The notes under the pieces were generated by a model. That model made no database searches and was not told the origin of the DNA. It saw nothing but the letters and a program-made list of their open reading frames with translations. Positions 37,795-51,583 of a DNA stretch of 64,000 nt are shown here, in pieces. Made by a program: the position numbers and the translations under genes. Source of the DNA: Lytechinus pictus (lineage: Eukaryota); contig NC_087252.1 of the NCBI RefSeq assembly GCF_037042905.1, forward strand, positions 15,626,001 through 15,690,000, written 5' to 3'. Each line of letters begins with the position of its first letter. The first letter of the stretch is position 1.

Positions 37795-38154
37795 AGGTGG
37801 TGCTGCACCAGCCTGAGTTTGCTCAATCTCGAGATTTTAGCCTGATCGGCCCTCTTCGCGATTAATCTCGGGATTCAAGAAACCCGTCTCCACCATCGCA
37901 AGAAGGGCGATTCCTGCTCGAGCGAGGCATGGATGTATTATGGTCTGACACGGTGAATAAATAATCCCGAGTGCGACTGCACCTGCGAATAATCCCAAGT
38001 TGACTTGGGATTGCAATCTGGAGATCAATCCTGCGAACTATCACGATAATTGCGTCTCCATCACAAATAATCTCGAGATTGTTCAGATCGGGATAGTTTG
38101 CCGGATCAGAAATAGCGTGCTAATTTGAAAACTAGGGCTGGTGCAGACGGCCCT
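37795..38154. mobile_element. ~360-bp MITE (CTGCACCAGCC termini)
   Basis: CTGCACCAGCC / GGCTGGTGCAG inverted ends; interior matches the reverse complement of 15200-15430. Confidence 0.8.
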
Positions 38155-39429
38155 AAAAGAGGATGGTACTGAGACTACAACACATGTTGGGATTAAATAA
38201 ATCCAAAGCCTAGTCCAAGCCTTAAAAAGTATCCAGGGAAAGGCTTCGGCTTACATCCAAATACGAAAATGATAGAAAAACAAACGGCACAGGAAAACTC
38301 AATTGTTGCTTGTATCCCTTGTTCGTAATCTAACCTATCATCATGCTCTTCTATCTTGCGTCCAATCCTGTAAAAATCCCCGAATTCCCCGTTTCATTTG
38401 GGAAGGAATATTGTAATTTGAAAGGATTTGATGGAAATCTTCTTTTTTCCAGATAACAAAAAGAATGTTTTCCATGTTGCCTTCAGTGCCAACAAGTAGG
38501 TGAAGGATGGTCTGATATATGTAAACCCTTCACTCGAGTAAAAGGGTCTGAATGCGCAGCCTATAATGACTTATGTGCTGAAGGCCCTCTTGCAAGTTTT
38601 GTATGTGCTAGTCTTGTATGAAGACCCACTTGGGAGTCATGAATTTCAGTCCTATTTCTTTTGTTCAGATGTGGTGATTAATATTAAGGATATTAATAGG
38701 AAATATAGGCCTACTGAATCGCCACAAAGGTAGTATTATGATGATTTAAACATGGTATTTAATGTACATCTTTTAAAATGAAACATTGTCTCTGATCAAA
38801 TACCCTCTTTTTTCATGCCCTACTACGGTGAAGTGTGAGATTTAGCTCTTAGATATTTTTGCTGAAAACATGGTAATTTTTTCAAGTATTTTCATGGAGG
38901 ATTTCTTTGTTGTTTGTTTAAGTGAGTGCACTTTGAAGGAAACTAATAGTCATATTTCCATGGATCAGACATACTCGCTGTTTCGCTGAAGGCAATGCTA
39001 TGCTTTGGATTTATACAAGTGGGAAGGGGAATTACACAAGGTGCTCGATTGATCATGATTTGAGTTTAAGGGATTGGGTTTATTTTATCAATGCTCAGAT
39101 AGTACACTTATTGATTGATTACTTTTTGAAAATGTGACGATTTAACTTCTATTTTAACCTGTGCAATGCTTTCGGAAAGGGTTAAACAGTGTGAATTATA
39201 CATGAGTATCATATCTAGCATTCCAATCTTACAAAATTGTAGTGGCTATTGAAAATTTTTCAAACAGCTGATTCCTTGTGAAAATTGGAAATTTTATCAT
39301 TTATCTAACTAGTGCCCTCTGTCCGTAATTTTAATTTGTTTTTTAAATGATGCTTTGTCATATTTAGTGTTTGGATATCAGAAAATGTTAGACAAGAAAG
39401 AGAGTATATCCTGAAGTTTTCATCCTATT

Positions 39430-39594
39430 CACAGTAATAATGCTGTTTAAAATTGTATTCAATGCTGCTTACTTTTGAGTAGTTGTTTAATAGTTTAAAC
39501 AACCTTGCTTAATTTGTTCAAGATTAGATATTCAAAATCAAATCTGTTGTTTAAGATTTTAACCACTTGTTTAAACTGTTAAACAACTACTGTG
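39430..39594. mobile_element. Partial copy of the TTTAAACAA-repeat MITE
   Basis: GTTGTTTAATAGTTTAAACAACCTTGCTTAATTTG matches 28248-28282. Confidence 0.65.
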
Positions 39595-39664
39595 AACTTC
39601 ATATTCTACTCTATGTTGTATTAAAATTTGATCTGGAAACAGTTGGAGGTTACAGGAAGGGAGA

Positions 39665-39868
39665 CGCTCTCAGATTCTTTTTTTTTAACCATCCACATTG
39701 TTGGTTAAATTAGGAATCGACCAACTGTTGGTAAAAAAAATACCATTTCCTTTTGCAAGCAATTTTGTTTCACCCAACAGTTGGTGGGTTCTTATTTTAT
39801 CAAACTTATTGGTAGGTTCATATTTTAACCAACTTATATTAAAGTTGGTTAAAAGAAGTCTGAGAGTG
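39665..39868. mobile_element. CACTCTCAGA-family MITE
   Basis: CGCTCTCAGA / TCTGAGAGTG termini; AACCAAC/GTTGGTT repeats. Confidence 0.75.
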
Positions 39869-40839
39869 TACAAGAAAATGGTCAGGTTACAGGGAGTATG
39901 GAAACGCAGGACAGGTTCTTGTTCTTGATTTAAAAGAGAGGAATGAAAATTCACGGAGCTTGAGAAGGAGGCGGTAGAGGATGAATGGAGGGCGTGCAGT
40001 GGCCATTGTGGGAGTCTTGTTGATGTAGTATGCTATGAATGCAGAGAACAAAACTAGCTACAAATTGAAGAGCTGCGGGGTAGGCTCATTTACCTTTACA
40101 ATCATCATAGGGAAGAGAAAAACCTTCTCTTTAAGCAAAGTTCAGTAATTCCTCCCCTTCCTTTCATCCCTTTCTTCCCCTCTGTTTTTCTTTCCTTTGA
40201 TGGCAGGACAAAAGATATTATAATATTTCCATACAGCTCTCTGGTGGAGGGAGTATTTGGGGTAAAAACCAAGGAAATTCATGTATACATTAGAAGTGGG
40301 ACCTGTATTGGTACTTCTATTGTGTCATCCGCTACCAGTGTTTTATCCGCACTTCTCGCTTACACGCATCTGATCAACAAAGTGCAATGCATCTTAAAAC
40401 ATTGCATGAGACTTCATAGCAAAGACACTCTAAGATCAGAAAACCAAATGAATGGGTACATTGTGCAGGAAAAAGAGATGGTTTCGGAACAATCCTTGGG
40501 TGGGGTGTAGCCATGACGCTTTTATTTCATTGGCATAACAAATTTTAATGGAAAGGGTGGGGGGGGGGTGAAGTCGAGGGCGTGATGCACCCACCGAGCT
40601 ATGGAAGGGGTGTGCAATGCGTATAGGTTCATCCCAAGGTAAGGAGACAAGCCCTCAAGTGAAAACCGTTTGTATGGTTTTGTAAGTGAAACTGTAAGCA
40701 TATATCATAAGACATTCCACGGAGGAGGAGTTTGTTTGTGAAGGAGCGTACCAGCTGAATAAAAAAAATTATTAAAGAAAATGATAATAATTGCACCCAC
40801 AGAACAGTATCCACCAAGATGATGCAGGGGACTTGGGCT

Positions 40840-41058
40840 TAGCTTAATTTGTGGTGTTGATTGGTGTAGAGATAGAGGATCACACCATTTTATGTAGATG
40901 TTAATTTTTTTTGGTGTCATTTTAACACCTATGGGTGTTATCACAACACCTTTGGTTGTTACCTTTACACTCTGGTGTTGTATTGAATCGCTAGGTTGTA
41001 GTCCTCTAGGGTCACCAACTGGTGTCAGACTCGACACCCAAGTTTTTTTTTTACACTG
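40840..41058. mobile_element. ACACC/GGTGT-repeat MITE copy
   Basis: GTGGTGTTGATTGGTGTA...GTCCTCTAGGGTCACCAACTGGTGTCAG shared with the 37544 copy. Confidence 0.75.
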
Positions 41059-43875
41059 TAGGCAACATTCAGTTGCTTGGCTCACTGAGTATCATGTGCT
41101 GACCGCAGATACGTGCTTGTGATACTGGGTGTACTTTGAGAGCACCGAAGTTTGATGATGAGATAGTACGTATTGTAATTTGGCGAGGAATATCGGGTTG
41201 TTCTAAGTACATTGACCAGTCACACACTCATGCCCTGTGGCCATACACCAACCAAAATTAGAAGATTCTTTTCTGGATAAAAGACAGGAACCATCAAGAA
41301 CAAATTATTTTCATGTTTCTTTGCAAACAAACCCTCGGCGTGTTCCCACGATCAACCCAGATCAAATCAAGCCCCCATTTTTTCGGAAGAAAACAAGATA
41401 ATTGATGGAGTATATGACAGGTGAATAATGCCTTACTTTTGATCTTACCCCGAGGTTCTTAATCGAGATGTAATGATCAAAGTCGTTTTAACTCACCCCT
41501 TTTCGTTATCAGGATATACTTAGTATACTTTCTTGCCACAAATACTCTCTATAACAATAGGATCATCGTCTCATCCCAAGGGAGCTGAACCGCTATGACA
41601 TTGGATCCAAAATAGGTCTATGAGTTGGAATGATCTGGGCCTTGGAAGAGTTACAGACATTGCTTTTTAGGGGGTGATATTGGAGTCGGAAAACAAGAAC
41701 AACTTGAAGTTTCTCGGAATGATATCTGTTTCTTCCCACAGGAGGACACCTTGTGTTTGCCCATTCTTCCATTCTAAAACACAACTATCTTCTGATTACG
41801 CGTGAATGAAACCATGGGAGGTTATGGGAGTCCCCCTCCGAAGAAATTTCCTTCCATTGTGAAGTGTATTTTGAATAACAAAGACCTATCTCTCCCATCG
41901 GCATAGATGATTAAGATTTGATCACCCCCATCTCCTTGCCGATAGCCACATTTAAGAATCCCAAATCACCCTCAAGACCTAGACACAATACCACCAAACC
42001 ATATCTCTTTCTTTAAACCTATTATGATCATACAAATGACAGTTGCATCTGCCTTCGTGTTTCCTTGTCCTCAACAGAACGCTGAAATTAATTTTTGATG
42101 AAATGAGAGAAAAAGACCATAAAAAAGAATTGCCCCCGCAAGGCAAGCAGTTACCGAATAGTCCAAGTTGGATATGATAATAGCTTTCTTTTTTTCCCCC
42201 GCAAAACCCACACAAACTGTTTCCAAGCTTTTGTGACAGAGATGGTATGCAATTAAGGGCCTGTATTATTGCCTAAAATGCATTCTTCCCCCAATCTTGA
42301 GCTGAAAGCTTGCTGTTTTATTTGTTGCTGGAGGGGTTATCGTCAGACTGGTATCTATTTAATTCTATTTCCTTGGACTATCTCCCGACTACATGCTACA
42401 GCTAGACCACCATTCGTCCGATGCTGATTTCTGTCGAGCGGAATTCGGACATGATGTGATTGGGAAGCACATAAATTCATAACAGAAACTATGACCACTT
42501 TCAGTTTTTTGTTTCCTCCATTCTGATATATCAATGACAAATTAATTAACTGGAACAAGTTTTTACAACAGTTTATGAAATACATGCATGGATGGTTAGT
42601 GGTTGTTAAAATGTGTACTATTGTTGCTTCACTTGTATATGAAATTATAATTAGACCTATTCTATCATTTTGATACTGGCCTACATTTTGTATTTCCACA
42701 CATAATCATAAAGCATTCAATTTATAGTATACTTTCAATGCAATATGATTCCTATTTATTACTCTGATTCCAAATTTTTATTATTGTATTTTTTTTTCAT
42801 ATTTCTGTATTTTGGCTTGGATACATACAAGTTGTTATTGTGTTATTATATATTTCTTTTAATGTTTATTTTTCTAGACCTATATTTTGGCTGATAATAC
42901 AAAATGGAAATAAAATCAGTTCATAAAAGAAAGAATAAAATGTCCGTGTCTTGGATGATTAGATGTTGCTTTGAAAGCATTAAATTATAACTATAATTGA
43001 TATGATGAACACAAGACGTTGAAATGCTTTTATATATCATAGAATATACAGGCATTCTTTTGCATTTTCTTCTAATTTAATTTCAAGTTTGAATAACTCT
43101 TGTCTTTCTGTGTATCTTCTCTGATATCCTTTCCATCCAATCTTTGGGAGAATCACAATCCACAGAAAATACAGAACATTGGTATTTTGACATTTTGAGA
43201 AAAAAAGCAATTTTCAGATTGGAATCTTCATCCAGTGCATTTACCCAGCATTGGAATACTTATCTAGAAATAGCCCACCTGGACAGAAAGGTCAAAGGTC
43301 ACACATCTATTTACAGGGGGCATAAATCATAGATGATGAAATTAGGTCATGATAATAAAATGCCAACATAGACAATGGATTTACTTTTTGAATTTGATGA
43401 ACATGTTTACTTTTACAGAGATGGCTTATGAAATAAATTCATAGTGCGTGATTATGCTTCATTTGATGATATAGATATGATTGTGATTTCCCAATTTAAC
43501 AGAACCAGCCGACTCATCTCAAAGTAACTGCTCAAACTCCAATTTGCTCTTTCTGTATGCCAATATCTCGATGATTTTCACATTAGCAAACACAGGCACA
43601 GAGCAAATAACAGGTTGTTTTGGACTCATCCACTTTTGTCTTTCGGCATAGAATGAAGGGTGGGAAAATTCATTGATTTTCGATATTTTAATATGATGAG
43701 AAATTAATAGGGACATGTGATTATGAATTAGACCTTTTACTCTTTCCTTTATGTAATTTATGTTGAGCATTTGTGTTTTGGAATTTGTTATTAAATAATA
43801 GACCCAGATAACTGTTTTAAAGCAATTTTATTGAGTCAAGATTCACCACACCAACAGGGGTATTTAGTAAATGCC

Positions 43876-44142
43876 ATCATATTCATCTGATATGAGAAAC
43901 CTTGGTGATGTTTTATGGAAAGTTGTTTTTAATCAAAACTGACACCATTTGCTGTACGTTTCTCCATTTCTGCTTGGATTGCAGTCAGAAATTTGATAGA
44001 TTTGCATTTCGTCTCGAAATACTGGCATATCAAATAAAGTCGCTTTTCTCAAAACATTTTTTCACAGAGATCCATTTAACTGATGATGCTATCCCTCAAG
44101 GAGCTCAGGAATAGGTCACCCCTCTTTGACAGTGGATATGAA
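43876..44142. mobile_element. Possible MITE
   Basis: Weak inverted ends TCATATTCATCTG / CAGTGGATATGA; single copy in the window. Confidence 0.3.
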
Positions 44143-44579
44143 CCCTCATAAATATTCATGAGACTATACTTTTTCAGGAATTAGTCTAATCAGTCAGTTA
44201 TGTTTTCTGTTTTGGTAAAGATAAAAACTCTTATTTGTTCAATTTTGAATACTGTTTTCTCACATTTTTATTTCAAAAATATATTTAAAATATCTGCTAT
44301 GCAAAAAAGCTATGAATCGTCTCGATATATAGAAAGTATTTTGGTTTATCTGATATATGGGTCTCTGCATTAAGACTATACTTGCAGGATGATGACTTCA
44401 GTGTGTCAGTCAAATCTGTGTGTTAAGCCAATGGAGTTAATCCCTGTGTGTCTACAAAGTGTATATGTGCATATGCATCCCTCAGTCTAGGCTAATACAT
44501 GTGTGTGTAGTGTAATTGGCTGTGTAGTTCTGCATGTAAATTGTTGTGTGTACTGTGCGGGGTTGGTCTTCTGGATTGG

Positions 44580-45913
44580 TAGAGAATACCACCAAGAGAG
44601 AGAGGAAGAGAGAAGTGGGGTTGGAAGAAAAAAAAGCAAATTGTGCAAGATGCACTCTGCAGTCATTTGCCTGCTGCGATTTGCATGGTGAGGAACCTCA
44701 TCCGCTCTCCCCATGCCTGAACTTCTGGGGTAGATCACGCCAGCATCCTGATGCGAAACTACCTGGATTTTTATAGCTGGAGTTACTTATTGGACCTGTC
44801 GATTACAAAACCCGGGAGAATAGGGCTTCAATTTTTGATCGGATTCAGGAGTTTTTATCTCAGGAGGATTTTTGCACTTTCAATTTGTGACTGGAATTCG
44901 GATGCGAAGCATACAGGAGACTAGTGTCTGATTGACAAATGTTTTGAATTTGGATGGATTTTCTTTTGGAAGTTTAAGCAGCAGATATTCTACTCATTCA
45001 TCTGAAAGGAACCCCGCAAATATAAGAAAGAAAATAAAAATCTGCAATATTCTCTATACACTTCATTTGAAGCCAATTGATAACCATTCTTTTTCTTATC
45101 ATGCTTATGTAATTTGTGACATGGAAATTTCATATTTTGACTACATTCAAGTCAACCAAATGATAAACTGAATAACTTCATGTTGGTTTTGGTTCTACAG
45201 CCGAGTTTCAGACGTTGACCAAGAAGAACAAAGTAAATTGAAAACCACTTTTAGGACTTCATCCGCTTGTTTGTTCTAGGTCCATTGTAGCAGGTCGCAT
45301 TATATAGGCCTCCCTCCAGCAAGGTCTAAGCCGCTAGCCAGGGCAGGCTGTCCCATGTCAACTGGTATCACCAGCTTACACTGAACAGGCCAGTCCATCA
45401 CAGAGACAGAGAGAGAGAGAACGATACAGGACAAACCACCCCCCTGTGGCCGGGGTCATTGGAGACCTTGGCGGCGACCATAGCTAGACACCCTGACACC
45501 AACAGATTTGGGAACTCTCTCTCACATCAAATTCCTATCCTAAAGATTCTTCTCAGTTTCGGTCGGATTCATACACTGCACACTGTTTTGTGCATGCTTG
45601 GTTTTTTAGCATCCCAAAACCTCGATAGCAGCATATTCCTTTCTTAACTACTTTATTGTCCAGCAATTTACATATATTTCTTGCATCGTTCTAATGATAG
45701 AACACCAAGCAGTTTTGGAATCACATTTTGTCAAGAAGAATCACTAATTTTTACTCACTGACTAAGTTTACCTCGCACATCAAAGACCACTACACAACTT
45801 TTGGTGGTAGCTAAATGGCACGAGTGGAATATAATTGTGACTGTTCGCATCTCAACATTTCATTGGAGTTATTATAATTTGCTCTCGTCGTTGACATCAC
45901 CCCCTTTGGAGTC
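44580..45913 (+). promoter_or_regulatory. Candidate promoter / 5' UTR region upstream of the signal-peptide exon
   Basis: About 1.3 kb with no recognisable MITE or SINE, more GC/CpG than the flanks, (GA)n tracts near 44595 and 45405, and a possible acceptor TTTTGGTTCTACAG ending at 45200. Confidence 0.4.
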
Positions 45914-45968
45914 ATGGCTTTTGGATTATCATTCATATTTCAGTGGATTATTCTTGTGCAGTTTATAG
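45914..45968 (+). CDS. Probable first coding exon encoding a signal peptide (MAFGLSFIFQWIILVQFI + 1 nt) of a secreted or membrane protein; the rest of the gene is not identified in the window
   Basis: ATG in good Kozak context (GTCATGG); in-frame TAA upstream at 45875-45877; 18 mostly hydrophobic codons plus 1 nt; strong donor AG|GTAAGA at 45969; phase-1 intron typical after a signal-peptide exon; preceded by a repeat-free UTR-like region. Confidence 0.65.
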
Positions 45969-48697
45969 GTAAGAACAAATGCCTTTAGTTCCTCCTCCAT
46001 GACACATAAATTATGTTTCATTTTTTATGTTTCATTTCATTAATTTAATTTTCAACAAAATACAAACCAAGTAAAAACAATCGTAACAAGTCAATGTCAA
46101 AAACAATATACTAAGGTCTTTAAATCAACTTAAAATAGACACGTTGAAAAATATATACAAGAGGATTATAATAATTATTTGCTAATGTTATCAAAAGCTG
46201 CAATTCATAGTCCATTTGATGTATTTTAAACTCTTTTTGATATGCATGTATTTACTTCATTTGAGAGAAATGCCATTTGCATTTTTAGATAATCATCTGG
46301 GACTAGGATCCTGGATGTTCTGAAGACCATAGTAGTATGTGGATGTATGATTCGCAAGTTGTTGTTTTTTCCTAGATCTCTATATCAATCCTGAACACGT
46401 TTTGATAAAAAGTGTCTCTTTATCGCAAAGAGTAATTATCATTATTCAATAATGATGTTATTATTTTTTTATTTAGATAGGATAATTTTAATAATGTAAA
46501 AGAAAATTAGACAAGAAGTTAACATTTTGGATAATGTTAATGATGTAACATATATATCATTTTAATTAATTAGCTGTTAATAATAATTCAAGGAAAATCA
46601 GATAAAATATGACTATATTTGTTCTTTTCAATATTTTGTAGAGGTTGTAATTTTCACTCTAAATTGGGATTTAAAACCAGATCAGGCATGGATGGAAGAG
46701 TGAGCGGATTTAAGTCCCAAATTAATTTCTTTATCTAAAAAATATTAACATTTGAATCACCAACAGAATTACATTACGGGATATCTAAATTCAGTTGTGA
46801 CCGGTTGCTATTATTGCAGCATATAGGCTGACTGGATTTGGTTTAATTTTTGCAATTTAGTATTTTACATGGTATTAATCTAGACTCCTGTCTCCACTCC
46901 AGAGGACATTTGTTGTAGACATTGAATAGTAATTACATCTCCATCTATTAATTAGCCCTCTCATGCTCCCACATATCAAACTGCTAGTAAAATTTGTGTT
47001 TTCTCTATTATGGTATCTTTCAAGATATAATTTGCCCAAAACAAATCACTTTTGAGTATGGTGTGAGTGATATAGCCTGTCATCGTAGTCATCGTAGATC
47101 CTGAAATTAAATTTGTCCCGGGGATCGAGGGGATGGGGGGCAGGGAGGGGGGGGTGGTAGGCAAGTTTTCCAGGTCTTTCAAGTTCTTTTACCATGATTT
47201 GAGGTCAAGGCTGAAAACAAGCAATACAAAAAACCTGGTGTCTTGATTAATCCTGACTTTCGGCCTATGTCGTCTTTGCTTCAATTGAGTCGACATAACA
47301 GTTTATTGCATGCATGCGGATTGCGTTCAGTAGCGACTGATGGGTTATTATTACCAGTGTTATGGGGCAGAGCGATCATCCCACATCTAATTTTAGTTTC
47401 TTAAATGAGATTACCAAAACAGACACTTATACTGTACATCCTCTAGCCATGAGTATTTAGCTGCATGATGCTAGTACAGTATTCTACCCGTATGAACCAT
47501 GTACAATATCTTTGTTCACTTTTATTATCTTTCTCTTGTGCATTGAATAGTCAAATTCACAAATCAAATATCATGGGTTTTTTTCTGGTCTTAATTGGCC
47601 TGATGTTACCATTATAATATGAAAAGTTGCCTGTATTAATTATGTTAAACCGTTGTTATTATTGAGGTTTAGGGCTTTAGGCAAGGAAAGACTAAATAAA
47701 ATGTTTTTTTACACTACATGTATATCATAAAGCTTTTGACTGGAAGTCATGTCATGTTCTATTTTCAAAAAATTCTTACAAACATTCAATGCCAAATAAA
47801 TCTCTGCTGAGTTTCTGGCAGATGTATACTAGGTGAAATGAGGCATTTCTAACTGAATTTGCTTTTGAACTGTGGATAAAATAACCCCTTGTTCTCTGAG
47901 GTCCTCTTTCCGGAAAATGATTTATTCTTCTGGACATCTTTCCCCCAGTAGTTAGGGCAGACTCCATCATATATATTTTCTTCTGACTCTCCCTCCATCA
48001 GACCAGGCCAGACAATCTGTCATAAAGATACCAACGACATTTGTCAAAGCAAGATTTTTGAAGTTCCTGTATAAACCCCATATTATTAAGTGAGGGAATA
48101 CATGTAGTTTTGTGCACCTTGTTGTTTTGGGGTTTATATGTTATTTGTGTCAGATGATGTCTCCAAAAGGGGACTCTTTTGAACCCGTATCTGTTTTCGT
48201 TGCTAGTTCCTTTTGTAAGATTGTCTATAGTAGTCCAATGTTTATTAGGCTCTGTTCAACATGCATTTCTTTGATAACTAACCAGGAGTCCTCTTCTAAA
48301 ATTTTCTCTTCACAATTTTCTTTCAATCTGTCTCCTTTGATCCCGGCCCAAGGAACTACAAGTAGCCCTTCACAAATAAGACCAAAGGCCTGTAGATCTA
48401 TTGTTCACATCACTTGGAACCCTCCAGCCCTCTTATTGATCCCGGTGGTCTGAAAGTGTTGCTTCTGTTACTCTTTAATTTGTCTATTGTCGGTCGGTAA
48501 CGTCTCAAGAAGCCCCTTGTATTCTGCTAGGTACATGTAGTTTGTTGTGACAAGTTTGTGGGGGTAAATGTAGTGGGGCAGCTCTGGGTGCATATATCTA
48601 TGTGATTTTCTTCAGCTGGAATGATTAGAAAATAGAATCACAAATATTAAACCAAAATGCAACACTGGACATAGAATATTTACAAAGAGGATTTTAA

Positions 48698-49298
48698 GGG
48701 TCAAGTCCACCCCCAGAAAAATGTTGATTTGAAAAAATAAAGAAAAATCAAACTAGCATAACGCTGAAAATTTCATCGAAATCAGATGTAAAATAAGAAA
48801 GTTATGACATTTTAAAGTTTCGCTTATTTTTCACAAAACAGTGATATGCACAACTCAGTGACATGCAAATGAGACAGTCGATGATGTCCATCTCTCACTC
48901 TTTTTGTTTTTTATTGTTTGAATTATACAATATTTCATTTTTGACAGATTTGACAATAAGGACAAACTTGACTGAGCCATGTAGTATTAAACAATGCTAA
49001 TCCCACATGTTCAGGGAAGAATTAATCATTGTTTCACTTGACAATGAGGAGAAAATTTGAATATTTCATATGTCATATAATAAAATACAAAAGGAATAGT
49101 GAGTGGATGATGTCATCAGTCTCCTCATTTGCATACTGACCAAGATGTGCATATAACTGTTTTGTGAAATTAAGCCAAACTTTAAATTGTCATAACTTTC
49201 TTATTTTACATCCGATTTTGATGAAATTTCCAGTGTTATGCTTGTTGGATTTTTCTCTTTTTATTCAGATATACTGTTCGTTGGGGTGGACTTGTCCT
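48698..49298. mobile_element. Kolobok-like MITE (~600 bp) with long imperfect TIRs
   Basis: TTAA-GGGTCAAGTCCACCCC ... GGGGTGGACTTGTCCT-TTAA; inverted similarity extends beyond 100 bp; second copy at 63562. Confidence 0.9.
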
Positions 49299-50000
49299 TT
49301 AATCTCACTTTTTAAGACCACCACAGATCTACGTTTGACCTCAACAGGAAGTGAAGGTCAATGTAGTATGCAGTATGGTCTCTAGATAATGAACATGGAA
49401 GAAGCCTCACTGATGTGTAAAAAAAACCCTGATTTTTATCTGTGGTTCTTTTGCATCTTTTTCATGTTTTGGTTTTGAAATGCTTCCTATTTTTACGATT
49501 GATCAAAAATTAAATGTAAGCAATGGTTGGTTTGAATAGTTTAATGAAGAAAAGATAAAGGCTTAAGTTTGTTTATATATAAAAAACAGACTCTGTACCA
49601 GTGGTTCAATGTTTTGAAGGAGCCTCCTCGGTTTTTCATAAATTGATACACGATATTCTACCAACAGAATGATGGAATGAGGAAAAGATGAATGCCACAG
49701 ACTTCCTGTGAAACCTAAATAGGATATAGGCCTACAGTGACATACAGAATAAAAATCAAGTGAAGAAGAAATAGGTGTTATCATGTGCATGTGGTCTCAA
49801 AATGGTAAAAAGATAATTCTTTCTGATAAAAAGAGAATTCAAAGTTTACATGTAGACATGTATAAAAGGAGGAAACTCGCGAGAAAGGGAGAAAGTGGGG
49901 GGGGGGGGGGAGGGGTGAGATGTCCACATTCAATTGTTTTTAACCAACCCAAAAGGTTGGTTGAAATATGACATTACCAACTGTGTATAAACACAAATGT

Positions 50001-50790
50001 AGGGACAGTGATTTTCCGTTTCAAAAAATTGCCTTTTCCGTTTCAGAAAATCTCAAATTCCGTTTCAGCATGTCAGAAAACGGAAATTCCGTTTCCCCCA
50101 TAGACTTTGTACACACGGAAAAGTGACAATTCCGTTTACACATTGAATACCGTACACTCGCACTGGTCAAATTTGTATCTGCTACTGTACCAACAACACA
50201 ATAGAATCCATTCTAATCGGATCTATGCGGGTGCATAAAATATTTTTCCAACCCCATTTAGCATGCATACATCCTCACCTTTCACATTATTAGCATTATT
50301 TCACGGTGAAATAATATTTCATCGATAATTTTGGGGTTTTTTGGACATCGTTATCATCAGTCAACGGCTTTTGCCAATCCGCCATCTTGGATTTTAAGAC
50401 CACGATATCGTGCTGTTACATCTTCAAACGTAGAGGGCAGCAACACACGACCGTGCAGTGAACGATATGTGTGTGCATGTGAAGCCCAACCCGGCGCCGG
50501 CAGGGTACGGGTACGGTGCGGGGTACAATCAAGTGTGCTGATGTCGAGTGCAGTCACTATGTGTGAATTGTCATGAAAGTAGCGAAGTGAGATCGTGTTT
50601 TCTGGGGTTTTGTGGCCATTTAATATTCTCATTTTGTTGTGATTTTGGAGTAATTTCTGTTGCTATTCTGTGTATTTTGAGGGAAAATACGTTTTCTGTG
50701 ATTTTCCGTTTGAAATGACACTTTCCGTTTCAAAACACCCTTTCCGTGAATTCCGTCCGTTTTCCGCGATCGCGGAAAATCACTGTCCCT
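50001..50790. mobile_element. ~790-bp hAT-like non-autonomous element
   Basis: TIR AGGGACAGTGATTTTCCG / CGGAAAATCACTGTCCCT; TSD ACAAATGT (or 6-bp CAAATG if the termini are TAGGG/CCCTA); subterminal TTCCGTTT repeats; CpG-rich interior. Confidence 0.92.
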
Positions 50791-51118
50791 ACAAATGTGC
50801 TTTCATTTTGGATGCAACTTTGTGTTATTAAAGTTTTTAACCAAACCAAACCATAGTTGGTTACAAAAAATTCTGTGTCCAGACTGAGTTGAAATAGATT
50901 ACATGTAGATCATAAACAGAAAGAAATATATAAGTTTTACCATGGTTCTACTACCATATATGTCTGTGGAAATGATATAGATGGAAGGAAAATGTGAAAG
51001 ATGTGCGTGTGTGTAAAGCATGGGAAATAATTGCTGGTCACCATAGGTAAATAAAAAAGAAGGGGTTTGTTAGGTGGGGGGGGGGGGGGGTGTTATGAAA
51101 GTGTGATTGTACTCAATA

Positions 51119-51583
51119 GGTGGTTTCAGACCGCCTCGAAGTTCGCCAGTTCCAGGTATTCTCTGATCGGGAAATTTACCCCGATCAGAAAATACCAGGT
51201 ATTTTGGCGGTGTGAAAGCAAACTACCGAAAGAAAATACCCGATAAATAGTAGGTACTTGGCGAAATTACGAGAACTTTCGCGGGGATTTTTCCAAGGTC
51301 GTGGGTATTTTTGGGGGTCTGAAAGCAAATTACGGGAACTTTTAGCCCAGCGTGTCGTTGGGTGCGGCGCCGTGCATGGGTTGCTGCTGGGCTAGTGATT
51401 TTGAATTTCGCGCCTTGCTGCTTATCAGACCATACTGCGCATGCTCGTAACTTCAGGAACTTATCCCGAAGGGTATGTTTCAGGGCGGTGTGAATGCAGG
51501 AATAATTAATGGGTATTTTTCAGCCTAAAAAAGTTCTCGTAATTTAACGGGGATTCTTGTGATCGAGGCGGTTTGAAACCACC
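51119..51583. mobile_element. Young ~475-bp MITE, copy B
   Basis: Same TIRs and orientation as copy A; small internal deletion near 51226. Confidence 0.95.

Noticed and set aside
49164..49385. Apparent paralogous small proteins (CHNFLILHPILMKF) here and at 63547-63756
   Set aside because: The similarity comes from two copies of the same Kolobok-like MITE terminus.
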